Part shown: in pieces, positions 40,903 through 52,219 of the stretch | How the letters are laid out: each line of letters begins with the position of its first letter | Numbering within the stretch: the first letter of the stretch is position 1 | Origin: an uncultured candidate division Zixibacteria bacterium | GTDB lineage: Bacteria; Zixibacteria; MSB-5A5; RBG-16-43-9 | Assembly: GCA_963713865.1 (NCBI GenBank) | Contig: OY970208.1 | Location: forward strand, 1,536,001-1,600,000 | DNA: 64,000 nucleotides | Direction of reading: 5' to 3' | The notes under the pieces: generated by a model | The model's database searches: none | Told to the model about the DNA's origin: nothing | The model's input: only the letters and a program-made list of their open reading frames with translations | Made by a program: the position numbers and the translations under genes

Positions 40903-41514
40903 ATGAGAAAAAGTAACAAACCTCTATTAGTGGTTTTATCGTCTCCCTCTGGCGGAGGGAAAACGGTTATAGCAAACCTGTTACTCAGAAAACATCCTGA
41001 ATATTCCCGCTCGATCTCAATCACCACCAGAGAAAAAAGAAAAGGTGAAAAGGAAGGGGTTGATTATTATTTTGTTGACCAGAAAGATTTTCAGAGAAAG
41101 ATAAATCGGGATGAGTTTGTGGAATGGGCTAAGGTTTTTGGAGATTATTACGGAACTCCTAAAAAAAGCATCCTAAAAACCGTTGGTAAGATTAAAGTGT
41201 TATTATTGGTCTTAGATGTGCAAGGGGGATTGACTATCAAACGAAGATATCCAGAAAGCGTATTGATATTCATTTTACCACCTTCTCTTCCAGAGCTGAA
41301 AAAAAGGCTGGTCAATCGAAATACCGATAGACCGGATATGATTAAAAGAAGATTGAGAACCGCCATAAAGGAAATAGAATTTTGTAAAAAATATGATTAT
41401 CTGGTGGTCAATAAAACTCTCGGAGAAACGGTTGAACTGATAGAAAATATCATCATCACAGAGGAACATAGAGCGGGAAAGGTGTGTTCGGGTCGTTTCT
41501 TTAGAAAAACTTAA
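40903..41514 (+). CDS. gmk: Guanylate kinase
   Basis: SSPSGGGKT, SITTREKRKGEKEGVDYYFV, YYGTP, DVQGG, IFILPPS. Confidence 0.96.
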   Translation: MRKSNKPLLVVLSSPSGGGKTVIANLLLRKHPEYSRSISITTREKRKGEKEGVDYYFVDQKDFQRKINRDEFVEWAKVFGDYYGTPKKSILKTVGKIKVLLLVLDVQGGLTIKRRYPESVLIFILPPSLPELKKRLVNRNTDRPDMIKRRLRTAIKEIEFCKKYDYLVVNKTLGETVELIENIIITEEHRAGKVCSGRFFRKT

Positions 41515-41529
41515 GCTTGAGGTGATTTA

Positions 41530-41766
41530 ATGACAAACCTTTCAAAAGATAGCTTTAATAAGTTACCAGCGAACAGATTTGCGGTAGTTATTATTGCAGC
41601 CAAACAATCCAGAAAGATTAACAAGGTATTTTTAAACGAAAGTGAAAAGGAAAAGGAAGAAAAAGAAGGGAAAATATTTAAACCTGCAGTTGAAGCACTA
41701 AAATCCCTCTCAAAGGGGGAAATCGAATTTCGATATCCTGAGTTCAAAATTCGAAAGGTAAGATAG
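41530..41766 (+). CDS. rpoZ: RNA polymerase omega subunit
   Basis: 'NRFAVVIIAAKQSRKIN...KPAVEAL..L..GEI', located after gmk. Confidence 0.85.
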   Translation: MTNLSKDSFNKLPANRFAVVIIAAKQSRKINKVFLNESEKEKEEKEGKIFKPAVEALKSLSKGEIEFRYPEFKIRKVR

Positions 41767-41778
41767 GTCAATAAATTT

Positions 41779-44019
41779 ATGGAGAAAAATTTAGTCATCG
41801 TTGAATCGCCAGCCAAGACTAAAACCTTAAAAAGGTTCTTGGGTGAAGATTACCAGTTAGAAGCCTCTTTAGGGCATATTAAGAATCTACCTCAAAGAAC
41901 CTTAGGGGTTAATATCAAAAAGTATTTCGAGCCAAAATATGTAATAATTCCTGGCAGAGAAAAAGTAATTGAGAGATTAAAAAAGGAAGCCAGGAAAGCC
42001 AAAAAGGTTTATCTGGCTCCTGATCCGGATCGGGAAGGGGAAGCCATTGCCTGGCATATAGCCGAGGAGATCAAGAAAAGTAATTCTCATATTTTTAGGG
42101 TCTCTTTTAATGAGATTACCAAAAAGGCAGTCTTAAAAGGGATAGAAAAGGCTGGTCCTATCAATATGAATAAGGTAAATGCCCAACAGGCTCGCAGGAT
42201 TTTAGACCGTCTGGTAGGCTATAAGGTCAGTCCCTTTTTACGTAAGACGGTTTGTCGGGGCTTAAGCGCTGGAAGAGTGCAATCAGTGGCTTTGAGGATG
42301 ATCTGCGAAAGAGAAGAAGAGATCGAGAAATTCGTTATACAAGAATACTGGAGCATTACCGGATTTTTCGAGACCGAAAAGAAGGAGGTTTTCTCTGCTG
42401 ATTTAGTTAAGATAAAGGGAGAAGATCTCAAGATAGAAAACCAGGCTCAGGCAGAGGAAATCCTCAGGGACTTAGAACAGAAAAGGTTCGAGGTTACTTT
42501 ATTTAAGACCGGGAAAAGGAAAAAATTCCCTTATCCCCCTTTTATTACTTCTACCTTAGAGCAGGATTCTGCAGGGAGGCTACATTTTTCGCCAAAGAAA
42601 ACTATACTTTTAGCTCAGCAGTTGTATGAGGGCGTGGAGTTGGGGGAGAAGGGCTCAGTTGGGTTGATCACCTATATGCGCACAGATTCAGTCAGGATCT
42701 CTGATTCGGCAAAGAAAGCCGCTTATGATTTTATAAAAGAAAATTTTGGCTCAGAATATCTTCCGGATAAGCCCAGAGAATATAAATCTAAAAAGACTGC
42801 CCAGGAGGCGCATGAGGCGATTCGACCCACTTATCTGGAATATACACCAGAGGAGATAAAAAAATATTTAAGCGCAGACCAGTTCAAGCTTTATCAGTTG
42901 ATCTACAATCGCTTCTTAGCCTCGCAGATGAAGGAGGCGCTCTATGATACTACCACAGTGGAGATCGACGGGGATGGATACACCTTCAGGGTAACTTCAT
43001 CCGAATTGATATTTGATGGTTTCTTAAAAGTTTATCAGGTGATCAAAGAGAATAATGAGGAGGAGGAGAAGGGGGGTAAACTTCCGATTCTGAATAAAGG
43101 TGAGAGGTTAAACCTGTTAAAACTTGAACCACAACAGCATTTCACCGAACCACCTCCAAGTTTTTCTGAAGCTTCTCTTATAAAAGAATTAGAGGCTAAC
43201 GGTATCGGCAGGCCCTCAACCTATGCCCAGATCTTAGGAACGATTGAGGACAGAAAATATGTGGAAAAAGAGGAAAAAAAGCTTTATCCAACAGAGTTAG
43301 GGAAGACGGTCAACCGGATTTTAGTTGAGAATTTTCCTGATCTCTTTGAAGTTGGTTTCACCGCGGAGATGGAGGAGGAGTTGGACCGAATTGAGAAGGG
43401 TAAGGATAACTGGGTGGAGGTTTTAAAGGACTTTTACACCCCATTTAAGTCTATCTTAGAGGAGGCGGAGAAGAAAAGAAAAGAGATCAAAAGCACGCTC
43501 CAGGAAAAAACCGAGGAGACCTGCGAGAAATGCGGCAGTCCTATGGTGATAAAATGGGGAAGGCATGGAAGGTTCTTAGCCTGCTCAGGTTTTCCGGAAT
43601 GCAAAAATACTAAACCTTTGAACAATGAAGGAAATCTTCTGACCGAGGAAAAGTGCGATCTCTGTGGTTCTCCTATGGTTCTGAAGAATGGGAGATTCGG
43701 TAAGTTCTTAGCCTGCTCTAAATATCCTGAATGTAGGAATACCAAACCCTACTCTTTAGGGATTACCTGCCCGAAAGAAGGGTGTGGGGGATTTATTGTG
43801 GAGAAAAAGAGCAGAAGGGGTAAAATCTTTTTTGGCTGTTCAAATTATCCGGCTTGTAAATTTGCCACCTGGGACAAACCTGTCAAGGAAAGCTGTCCAC
43901 AATGCGGGGCGAATTTTCTGGTTTTTAAAGAAAGCAAATCCAAGGGGGAATATCTTTTATGCCTGAAATGTAAATATGAAAAAAGCCAGTCCGAGGAAAA
44001 GATAGAGATAAAAGAATAG
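41779..44019 (+). CDS. topA: DNA topoisomerase I
   Basis: LVIVESPAK, DPDREGEAI, SAGRVQS, ITYMRTDS, GIGRPSTY, and C-terminal Zn ribbons. Confidence 0.98.
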   Translation: MEKNLVIVESPAKTKTLKRFLGEDYQLEASLGHIKNLPQRTLGVNIKKYFEPKYVIIPGREKVIERLKKEARKAKKVYLAPDPDREGEAIAWHIAEEIKKSNSHIFRVSFNEITKKAVLKGIEKAGPINMNKVNAQQARRILDRLVGYKVSPFLRKTVCRGLSAGRVQSVALRMICEREEEIEKFVIQEYWSITGFFETEKKEVFSADLVKIKGEDLKIENQAQAEEILRDLEQKRFEVTLFKTGKRKKFPYPPFITSTLEQDSAGRLHFSPKKTILLAQQLYEGVELGEKGSVGLITYMRTDSVRISDSAKKAAYDFIKENFGSEYLPDKPREYKSKKTAQEAHEAIRPTYLEYTPEEIKKYLSADQFKLYQLIYNRFLASQMKEALYDTTTVEIDGDGYTFRVTSSELIFDGFLKVYQVIKENNEEEEKGGKLPILNKGERLNLLKLEPQQHFTEPPPSFSEASLIKELEANGIGRPSTYAQILGTIEDRKYVEKEEKKLYPTELGKTVNRILVENFPDLFEVGFTAEMEEELDRIEKGKDNWVEVLKDFYTPFKSILEEAEKKRKEIKSTLQEKTEETCEKCGSPMVIKWGRHGRFLACSGFPECKNTKPLNNEGNLLTEEKCDLCGSPMVLKNGRFGKFLACSKYPECRNTKPYSLGITCPKEGCGGFIVEKKSRRGKIFFGCSNYPACKFATWDKPVKESCPQCGANFLVFKESKSKGEYLLCLKCKYEKSQSEEKIEIKE

Positions 44020-44031
44020 GGTTTAATTTTT

Positions 44032-44953
44032 ATGAAGGAACTGAAAGATTATATTGATGAATATTTAACTTATATACGCGCGGAGAAAAATTTCTCCCCA
44101 CATACCGTTCTCGCCTATAAAAAAGATCTTAACTCCTTTTTGGATTTTCTTCAATCTGAGCTGAAGGTAAAGATTACACCGGATTTCATACACAGGAATA
44201 ATATCAAAAATTTCTTGATCCATCTAAGCCAGGAAAGTTTTGATCCAAGCTCTATTGAACGAAAGCTTTCTGCCTTAAGGTCTTTTTTCAATTTTCTACA
44301 AAAGAAGCTAAAAATAAAGTCAAATCCTACCTTGAGCCTGAAAGGACCGAAGAGAAAGAGAAGATTGCCCCTGATTTTGAGCCAGGCTCAAATGAAAAAT
44401 ATCCTGGAGCCACATCTATATGAGGAAAAAGTAGCGGGATGGAGAGATAGAGCCATTATAGAGCTTTTATATAACACCGGAATTAGATTATCCGAGATAA
44501 GCTCCCTGAGCAAAGAGGATGTCGATTTTAAAACCGGCGAAATAAGAGTTTTAGGAAAAGGGAATAAGGAAAGGATTGTTCCCTTAGGGGAAAATGCTTC
44601 CAAGACCTTAGTTGAATATCTCGACTCAAAAGATAAGGTAAGCAGTCTAAAAAACAAAGAAACTGATTTCCTTTTTTTAAATAAATATGGAGAGAGGCTC
44701 AGCCGGAGAGGGATAGCCCGGATAGTTAAAAAGTATGGGGCTAAAGTGACCGAGGATCAGAAAACCAGAACCTCATATTTTAAGGCACAGTTTTGCCACT
44801 CATCTTTTAGATGAAGGGGCAAACCTTTTAGCAGTTAAAGAGATGTTAGGACATGAGAGTCTATCCACTACTCAGATTTATACTCACGTATCTATGGATA
44901 GACTGAAGAAGGTCTATAAAAAAGCTCATCCGAGATCAGGATATAAAGCTTAA
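44032..44953 (+). CDS. xerC: Tyrosine recombinase XerC with one +1 frameshift at 44765-44771
   Basis: [18 protein letters not shown] and [10 protein letters not shown]. After correction it continues [17 protein letters not shown]...[17 protein letters not shown]...AHPRS. Lies in the topA-xerC-hslVU context. Confidence 0.92.
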
Positions 44954-44975
44954 AGTAAAAAAATAAAGGTGGTTT

Positions 44976-45521
44976 ATGATTGAATCTGCAAAGAAATTCT
45001 ACGGGACGACTATTTTAGGAATCAGGCATAAAGGGAGGGTGGCTATTGGTGGGGATGGGCAGGTGAGCCTGGAGAATACTATAATAAAACAGAATGCCAG
45101 AAAGCTAAGAAGGCTTTACAATAATACCATATTAGCTGGTTTTGCCGGGGCTTCTGCAGATGCCTTTGCTTTGTTTGATCGGTTTGAGGCAAAGATAGAA
45201 GAATTTCATGGTAATCTTTATCGAGCTGCGGTGGAGTTAGCTAAAGAGTGGAGGATGGATAAATACTTAAGAAGGTTAGAAGCTCTCTTAGCAGTTATAG
45301 ACAAAGAGCATGCTTTAATTATCTCTGGAAACGGTGATGTGATAGAGCCGGATGATGGAATCATTGCCATAGGCTCAGGTGGTCCTTATGCTTTGGCAGC
45401 TGCTCGCGCTTTAGTGGAATTCTCGGATTTAGATGCCAGGGGAATTGTTAAAAAATCCTTAGAGATTGCTTCCTCCATCTGTGTCTTCACCAATGATAAG
45501 ATAACAATTGAGGAATTATAG
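44976..45521 (+). CDS. hslV: ATP-dependent protease subunit HslV
   Basis: [30 protein letters not shown]. Confidence 0.97.
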   Translation: MIESAKKFYGTTILGIRHKGRVAIGGDGQVSLENTIIKQNARKLRRLYNNTILAGFAGASADAFALFDRFEAKIEEFHGNLYRAAVELAKEWRMDKYLRRLEALLAVIDKEHALIISGNGDVIEPDDGIIAIGSGGPYALAAARALVEFSDLDARGIVKKSLEIASSICVFTNDKITIEEL

Positions 45522-45669
45522 GATAAGATAGAGTATTAAATAACTGGGGCAGGAGTTTAACTTCTACCCCAGCAGAAGAGAGTTTTGGAGTGTAAACCTT
45601 TAGGTTTACCAAAAAGTAAGGCTGAAGCTTTAAACTCCAGAAAACAAGGATAACTTGAGAGAGGAGAAG

Positions 45670-47034
45670 ATGAAAGAGTTTACACCTAAAGAGATTGTGG
45701 AAGAGTTAGATAAATATATAATCGGACAGGATAATGCCAAAAAATCTGTGGCTATAGCTTTAAGAAACAGATGGAGAAGACAGCAGGTTAAAGGTGAGCT
45801 AAAAGATGAGATAATGCCTAACAATATCATAATGATCGGTCCAACTGGAGTCGGGAAAACCGAGATAGCCAGAAGATTGGCTAGTTTAGCCAGTGCTCCT
45901 TTTATTAAGGTTGAAGCATCTAAATTTACCGAGGTGGGTTATGTGGGAAGGGACGTTGAGTCAATGGTTAGGGATCTGATGGATTTAGGAGTGAATATGG
46001 TGAAGAAGGAAAAATCTTTTGAGGTGAGTCAGAAAGCGGCTGAATTAGCTGAGGAAAAGATTTTAAATCTGCTCCTGCCTCTTCCGTTCAAGAAAAAAAC
46101 CACAGCGAGGGAGGAACCCTTAGCTTCGATTAAGGATTTAGAAGAAAAGAGAAAGAAAACCAGGGAGAAATTGAGAGAAAAATTGAAATCAGGTAAGTTA
46201 GACCAGAGGCCTATAGAGATAGAAATTCCAGAGGATAGATTCCCCATAGTGGAGATTTTCTCCCCGGCCGGGATTGAAGAATTAGGGTTTAATTTCCAGG
46301 AGATGTTCTCCGGAATGCTCCCCAAGAAGACCAAAAAGAGGAAACTAAGCGTGGGTGAAGCCCAGAAGATTCTTACTCAGGAGCAGGTAGGGAGGTTGGT
46401 GGATATGGAGGAGGTCATTTCCACTGCTGTAGAAAGGGTGGAGAATTCCGGAATAATCTTTGTAGATGAGTTAGACAAGATCGTAGGAGAAAAAGTTAAA
46501 GGCGCAGGTCCGGATGTATCGCGTGAAGGGGTGCAGAGGGATTTATTGCCAATTGTAGAAGGGACAAATGTAATGACTAAATATGGTATGGTCAAGACCG
46601 ACCATGTTCTGTTTATAGCCGCAGGTGCTTTTCATGCCTCCAAACCAGCAGATTTAATCCCTGAATTACAGGGCCGGTTTCCAATTCGGGTTGAATTAGA
46701 TAGCCTTACCACCAATGATTTTATTCGGATCCTGACTGAGCCTAAAAATGCCTTGATCAAGCAATATATCGCCCTCTTAGCTACTGAAGAGGTAGAGATT
46801 GAATTTGAAAAAGAAGCGATTGATGAGATCGCTCAGATTGCCAATCTGGTAAATGAAAGGACTGAAAATATAGGTGCCAGAAGGCTTCACACGGTTATGA
46901 CTACGCTTTTAGAGGATATTATGTTCAAAATACCGGAAATGAAGCTGAAAAATATTGTGATAACAAAGAAGATGGTGGAAGAGACACTGAAGGCAATAGT
47001 GGAGGATAAGGATTTAAGTAGATATATACTTTAA
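45670..47034 (+). CDS. hslU: ATP-dependent protease ATPase subunit HslU
   Basis: [51 protein letters not shown]. Confidence 0.98.
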   Translation: MKEFTPKEIVEELDKYIIGQDNAKKSVAIALRNRWRRQQVKGELKDEIMPNNIIMIGPTGVGKTEIARRLASLASAPFIKVEASKFTEVGYVGRDVESMVRDLMDLGVNMVKKEKSFEVSQKAAELAEEKILNLLLPLPFKKKTTAREEPLASIKDLEEKRKKTREKLREKLKSGKLDQRPIEIEIPEDRFPIVEIFSPAGIEELGFNFQEMFSGMLPKKTKKRKLSVGEAQKILTQEQVGRLVDMEEVISTAVERVENSGIIFVDELDKIVGEKVKGAGPDVSREGVQRDLLPIVEGTNVMTKYGMVKTDHVLFIAAGAFHASKPADLIPELQGRFPIRVELDSLTTNDFIRILTEPKNALIKQYIALLATEEVEIEFEKEAIDEIAQIANLVNERTENIGARRLHTVMTTLLEDIMFKIPEMKLKNIVITKKMVEETLKAIVEDKDLSRYIL

Positions 47035-47408
47035 CAAAAGGAAGATGGAAAAGAAATGTCGAATGACAGATATCGAATGACGAATAAAAATTAAATAAGA
47101 GCATTTATTTGTTTGTATTTTGTAGGGGCAGACCTCCGTGTCTGCCCTGACTTTTTGTTAGGACGACTTTTAGATACTTGTCCGAAGATCTGAGATCTCG
47201 CGTAGGGGTGGAGCATATCTCCACCCCTACGCATTTCAAGGAACGTTGTTATACCTAACGTATAGCTATAATAAAATACGAAAAAGTTTGACTATTATTA
47301 CCATAAATTAGAACCTTAATAAAAACAAGCAAGGGAATAATCTTATGAGAAGAGCTAACTTAGATGTTACCATCAAAGAAACGCATCTTCTTTAAAGTTT
47401 AACCCCTC

Positions 47409-47460
47409 TTTTAAAAAGTTATGGGACTCCGTTTTGGAACGGAATCCCATAAACTTTAAA
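47409..47460. terminator. Long hairpin terminator downstream of the dockerin gene
   Basis: TTATGGGACTCCGTT-TTGG-AACGGAATCCCATAA, flanked by A/T runs. Confidence 0.65.
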
Positions 47461-47485
47461 TCTCTAACCTGCCTTGAAGGAAAGC

Positions 47486-50400
47486 TCACTCACACCAAAT
47501 TGGTATAGGACCAGTTACAGGAGGAGGACCGCCCTTAAACAGGTAATTAATCAGGTAAACCACATCCGAAACCGAAATCTTTCCATCGCCATTGGCATCA
47601 CTTGGATTAACCGGTAGCGGACCACCTTTGAATAGATAATTTATAAGATATACCACATCCGAAACCGAAATCTTTCCATCACCATTGGCATCTCCAGATA
47701 AAGAAGTACACTGTGCAATTATCTCAGATAACTTAGCCGCGTTGGCTTTCAAACTATCTAAACCCTTATCAGTTACCAGTAATAAATATTTCAGCTCAAT
47801 TACAGTGGTGGGATCAGGAGCAGTTACCTGAGCCATTGACATCAGCATATTATTATCCTGCATAGAATCTTCCTGCTCAACTGAAAAGCCAGTTGTTGAC
47901 ATAAACTTATACAGGGAATCATCATTATACCCGCTATAAGGATAGAGCTGTTTAGCGTTGTTCAAAACGTAAGCGCTCAACGGTGCGGTGCCGTGGTAGA
48001 TGGTAGAGCCACCTTGCGTTACTTCCGCATCTAAGAATTGGAAGGCACCATAGTAGTTCAGGAACTCAGCACTGTCTCCCTGCTGCCAGATTAGATTCAA
48101 ATCCTCATCATAACCACCCCAGTTATCTGAGCCATGTTTAGCTTGGATATCCCAGTCAGCCGCTATGCCAAAATAACCTCCTTGCGGATTTGTAGATCCG
48201 GTAAGATCATCCCACCATATCGGAGGCGGATTCCAGTACCACCAGTTGTATACCAGAATAACCGGAGGGGAGTCGAAGACCATGACCTGAGAATACTTAG
48301 TCCAGTAGCTCCACCATGAGTGGAAGTCGCCATGAGAAGTAAGACGTCCTGGAAAAACAAGGCTAAACTTATCGTATATTACTTTGACCTTTACGGACGA
48401 TGATGTGCTCAATAGATAGTTATAAGTCTGCGACTTCACGTGAGCTTCGGGTAAAAAGTCATGGTGATCATGTAACCAGGTAAAGCCCACAGGACCCTCT
48501 CCACCGATATCATCAGTAACAAAAACCGGAGTAAACTCAAATAGATAATTATATCCATTATAGTTCATCCCGTTGCCGGTCAGATCGTCATCTTCCTGGT
48601 GTCCTATGTTCCCTACGTTGGAAACGACCGCTCTAACATGTAAATTTGCTGTGTCATATTCAGGATAGTAGAAGGTGTCAGTTACCACAAAGTGGAACTT
48701 CGCATACTCAGTATCTACATAGGTCTCTCCACCACCTAATAAGCCATTGTTTGACTCAATCATTATCTGGCCTACTAAGAAGGTATCTTGTTTCCCGGCT
48801 CCGCTGAAGGTCAGGTTGACATTTACCGGTGCCCGAGCTCTGGGATAGAAAAATGGACCTGATCTGCAGTTACATAGGGAGGTGTACTGATCTTCACCCA
48901 CAAAGTCGCTGTTCCGGTATTCTCAAAGGTTAAAGCATCAGCTTTGCTTGCTCCGTTTTTAGCCCATCTGACCGGACTAATCAACATTTTTGGGCTAAAG
49001 TCCTTACCGGGAACTGCTGGAACTAACTCGCGTGGATCCTTCAGGTAGCGAATCGGATTGAGGGTGAATGCCCCCTCAGGAGCAGCCTGGATAGCACCAG
49101 AGGCATCTAAATCATAAACATAGCTGACATACATAAAGTCTCCCACCCTCTCGGCTACTGTAGACCAAGCCTCACTTTTGCAGTCCCCGACATCACAGCC
49201 ATCTGTATTGGTATTGGTCAGGTTCACCTCAGGTCCCCAGTTCCGGCCGCCAGTGGCAGATACTTTCTTATATATATCCGCATTGGCATAACCAGCTAAA
49301 GATACGTCGTCATCCCTGTACCCGGAGTAAACCACATAGAGATAATTGTAAGCCGCATTTCCCACCTGATATTCTACACCCGCGGATGGCTTGGAAATAG
49401 GAGACATCCAATTACCGCAGTTCGCGGTAACTAATCGAGAAGCCACTTTGTGAAGGCTATCAGTAGCTGAACTCCAGTGGAATAGAGATATATCATCTCC
49501 TTCGTTTCCAGTTGCATCGGCAGTAAAGAATACATGGAGCACATTATTATAGTCGTACACTGCAGCCACCTCAGTCCTATAGAAATCGTAATCTTCCCAA
49601 TTATTGTCGCCCCAATGGGTTATCTTTATGGGTGTTAGGTTATTCCCGGCCATCCAGTCGCTACCGTCAACGGTGGACTCTAAATAATATATCTCTCCCT
49701 GATACTCGACAGAAGCTGTCTGATCATACCAGATTATAGCAACGCGACCTGATCCAGTGGGAGAAGTAACTACCGGGGCTGAAATATAAGGGAGCTTACC
49801 ATCAGCAGGGAAGAAATAGGGTATTTTCGTTGGCTGCGACACATTGGGTGGAAAGGTCACCGCAGCCTTACCAGGTGATTGACAGATCATATTTTGGTTT
49901 CCTGCAGGTCCATTTGGATCCTGGAAACAGCGTACATAACCTGCCTCATCATCCGTCCCGAACTCAGTTATGTGAATAAAAACAGTATCACCTTTATATC
50001 CCTTAGCAGTACCCACAAAGGGCCAATGTAAAAATTCAGCCCTTGCATGAGCAGCTATTGAATCATAAGGCATATCATACAAGTTGAACTGCCCTAATCC
50101 AGGAGTGATCTTCTCTATGGCTAAGACAACGCCGCCCAAGCCGGTCATGTCGTGGAAAGCTAATACCTCCCTTGAATTCGGCAGTATATCTAAACCACAA
50201 TACCCGCCTCTGCCTGTGGGTTTAGTAACATGCATACCCGCGCCAGGATTTAGCCAGCTTCCATCTGAGTAACGAGCATTATAATCGATATAGCGGTTCT
50301 CGCTCAAATCCGGACCCACCATATTCATCCAGTCGAAATGCAGATTCCCCAGATAATCATAGGCTATCCGGCGGTGTGCGGAAGCGTTATCCTGGTAGTC

Positions 50401-50619
50401 ATAATAAGTCCAGCCTACGGTGTCATCTGTAAATGGGAAGAAGAACTTAGGTTCTAGAGTGGTCGTAGTACGATACGGGTAGATTATACTCTCATCTACG
50501 GGCTTCATTTTCTCCATGCTCGGGAGCACTTTCTTCGCCACCGGCTTCATGGTCCCAAAAACACTTAAGCTTGCTACCAGCAATAAAACCAGACTTAGTA
50601 ATAAAACTTTTTTAAGCAT
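47486..50619 (-). CDS. Large secreted protein (about 1040 aa) with a C-terminal dockerin; split by a one-base deletion near 48830-48845
   Basis: ORF 48823..50619 has a signal peptide and overlaps ORF 47486..48901, which ends in 'GDANGDGKISVSDVVYLINYLFKGGP' twice. Adding one base joins ...HFSIP-xxx-APVNVNLTF. Confidence 0.75.
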
Positions 50620-51209
50620 TTCAGCCTCCTTATTATTTTTGTATATATTAACTTTATTTTTAGATATGAAATTTTCACATAAAAACCTCCTTTATAAAAA
50701 GGTTAATGATTTACTCTTCAGAAGAAATAATGAAATTAAAGAGAGAAAACTAATCCAGTGAATCTTTCTTCCTTTTACCTCCCCTGAAATCAAGTGTAAA
50801 AGTTTACAAATTACTGTTGCTTATAAGATTACCTTAATATTATATCTTTTTAAAAGCCGTTGTCAAGTAAAATAAAACAAGACAAAGTTGGTCTGTTAAA
50901 CCAGCTATTAAAGTTATAAGATTAAGATGTTATATTACATAGCGTTGCTTATTCAAAAGTTCTGATAAATAATTTTGGTAATTAACCGCCACTTGACCTT
51001 TAATTTGTTCATAGATACTTTAGTGGCGTAAACCTCAATAGCACTTAGTAGATAAGTAGTATTTCGTAGCATCCGGGTTTATCCCGGACGTTTTTGTTTC
51101 GTTGGACCGTAGGGGCAATTCATGAATTGCCCCTACCAATTTTTTTATCCTTGACTTGAAAGTAAATCATCCTTAAATTAGAAGCGATTCATAGACTAAG
51201 GGAGCTAAA

Positions 51210-52148
51210 ATGAAAAAAGATTTTTTAGCAGTTTCAGATTTTTCTGTAAAAGAGATAAAAGAGATTTTTAAATCAACCGCTGATATGAAAAAGGGGAAGA
51301 TTAAACCTTTACCTCTTAAAAATAAAGCGGTTGCCTGTATCTTTCATAAACCCTCTTTAAGGACCAGGATAAGTTTTGAGGTGGGGATCCAGCAGCTGGG
51401 TGGTAATTCTCTCTACATTACTAAGGATGAATTCAAGCTGGGAAGAAAAGATGACCCGGAAAAGAGGGAATGGTTCTATGATGGGGCTAAGGTTTTGTCC
51501 CGGATGGTTGACCTTATAGTCATCCGAACTTTTGAGCATTCAGGCGTGGAGGAATTAGCTAAATTTGCTGAGATTCCGGTTGTCAATGCCTTGACTGACC
51601 TATATCATCCCTGCCAGATTATGGGAGATATGTTCACTATCTGGGAGAAGAAAAAGAAAATTGAAAACGTTTCCATTGCTTATTTAGGGGATGGGAACAA
51701 TGTCTGCAACTCCTGGCTGGATGCAGCTTCTTTAATTCCTCTGGATTTGAGAATTGGCACCTCTCCTGAAACTCCACCGGACAGAGATGTTCTGGAAAGA
51801 GCTAAAAAATCGAAGATAAGCAAGATAACTTTGGCTTATGACCCGATTGAAGCAGTTAAAAATGCAGACGTGGTCTATACGGATGTATGGGCGAGTATGG
51901 GGCAGGAGGATTTATATGAGGTAAAAACCAGTCTCCTGCGAAAGTTTCAGGTTAATTCTGATTTAATCAGATATGCTAAAAAAGATTGTCTGGTAATGCA
52001 TTGTTTGCCTGCACATCGAGGGGAGGAGATTACAGATGAAGCAATGGATGGAAAAAACTCAGTGGTTTTTGACCAGGCGGAGAACAGGCTCCACATACAA
52101 AAAGGGATTATCCTGAAATTAATGAAAGGGTTTAAGAAAAAAGTCTGA
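51210..52148 (+). CDS. argF: Ornithine carbamoyltransferase
   Basis: KPSLRTRISFE, NALTDLYHPCQ, GDGNNV, YTDVWASMGQE, HCLPAHRGEE, QAENRLH. Confidence 0.93.
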   Translation: MKKDFLAVSDFSVKEIKEIFKSTADMKKGKIKPLPLKNKAVACIFHKPSLRTRISFEVGIQQLGGNSLYITKDEFKLGRKDDPEKREWFYDGAKVLSRMVDLIVIRTFEHSGVEELAKFAEIPVVNALTDLYHPCQIMGDMFTIWEKKKKIENVSIAYLGDGNNVCNSWLDAASLIPLDLRIGTSPETPPDRDVLERAKKSKISKITLAYDPIEAVKNADVVYTDVWASMGQEDLYEVKTSLLRKFQVNSDLIRYAKKDCLVMHCLPAHRGEEITDEAMDGKNSVVFDQAENRLHIQKGIILKLMKGFKKKV

Positions 52149-52219
52149 AGGCTATAGGCTTAAGTCTAAAGTCAGAAAGCGAACAGCAAATCGCAAATCA
52201 CAAAACAGAAGGAGGTTTT

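Noticed and set aside
44032-44953. Tyrosine recombinase as a prophage or island integrase
   Set aside because: The topA-xerC-hslVU context and the C-terminal AHPR motif indicate housekeeping XerC.
7367-50619. Many split ORFs read as true pseudogenes or programmed ribosomal frameshifts
   Set aside because: They include housekeeping genes with otherwise intact motifs, and the shared context occurs in both orientations relative to the reading frame. A DNA-level sequencing artefact fits better than decay or recoding.
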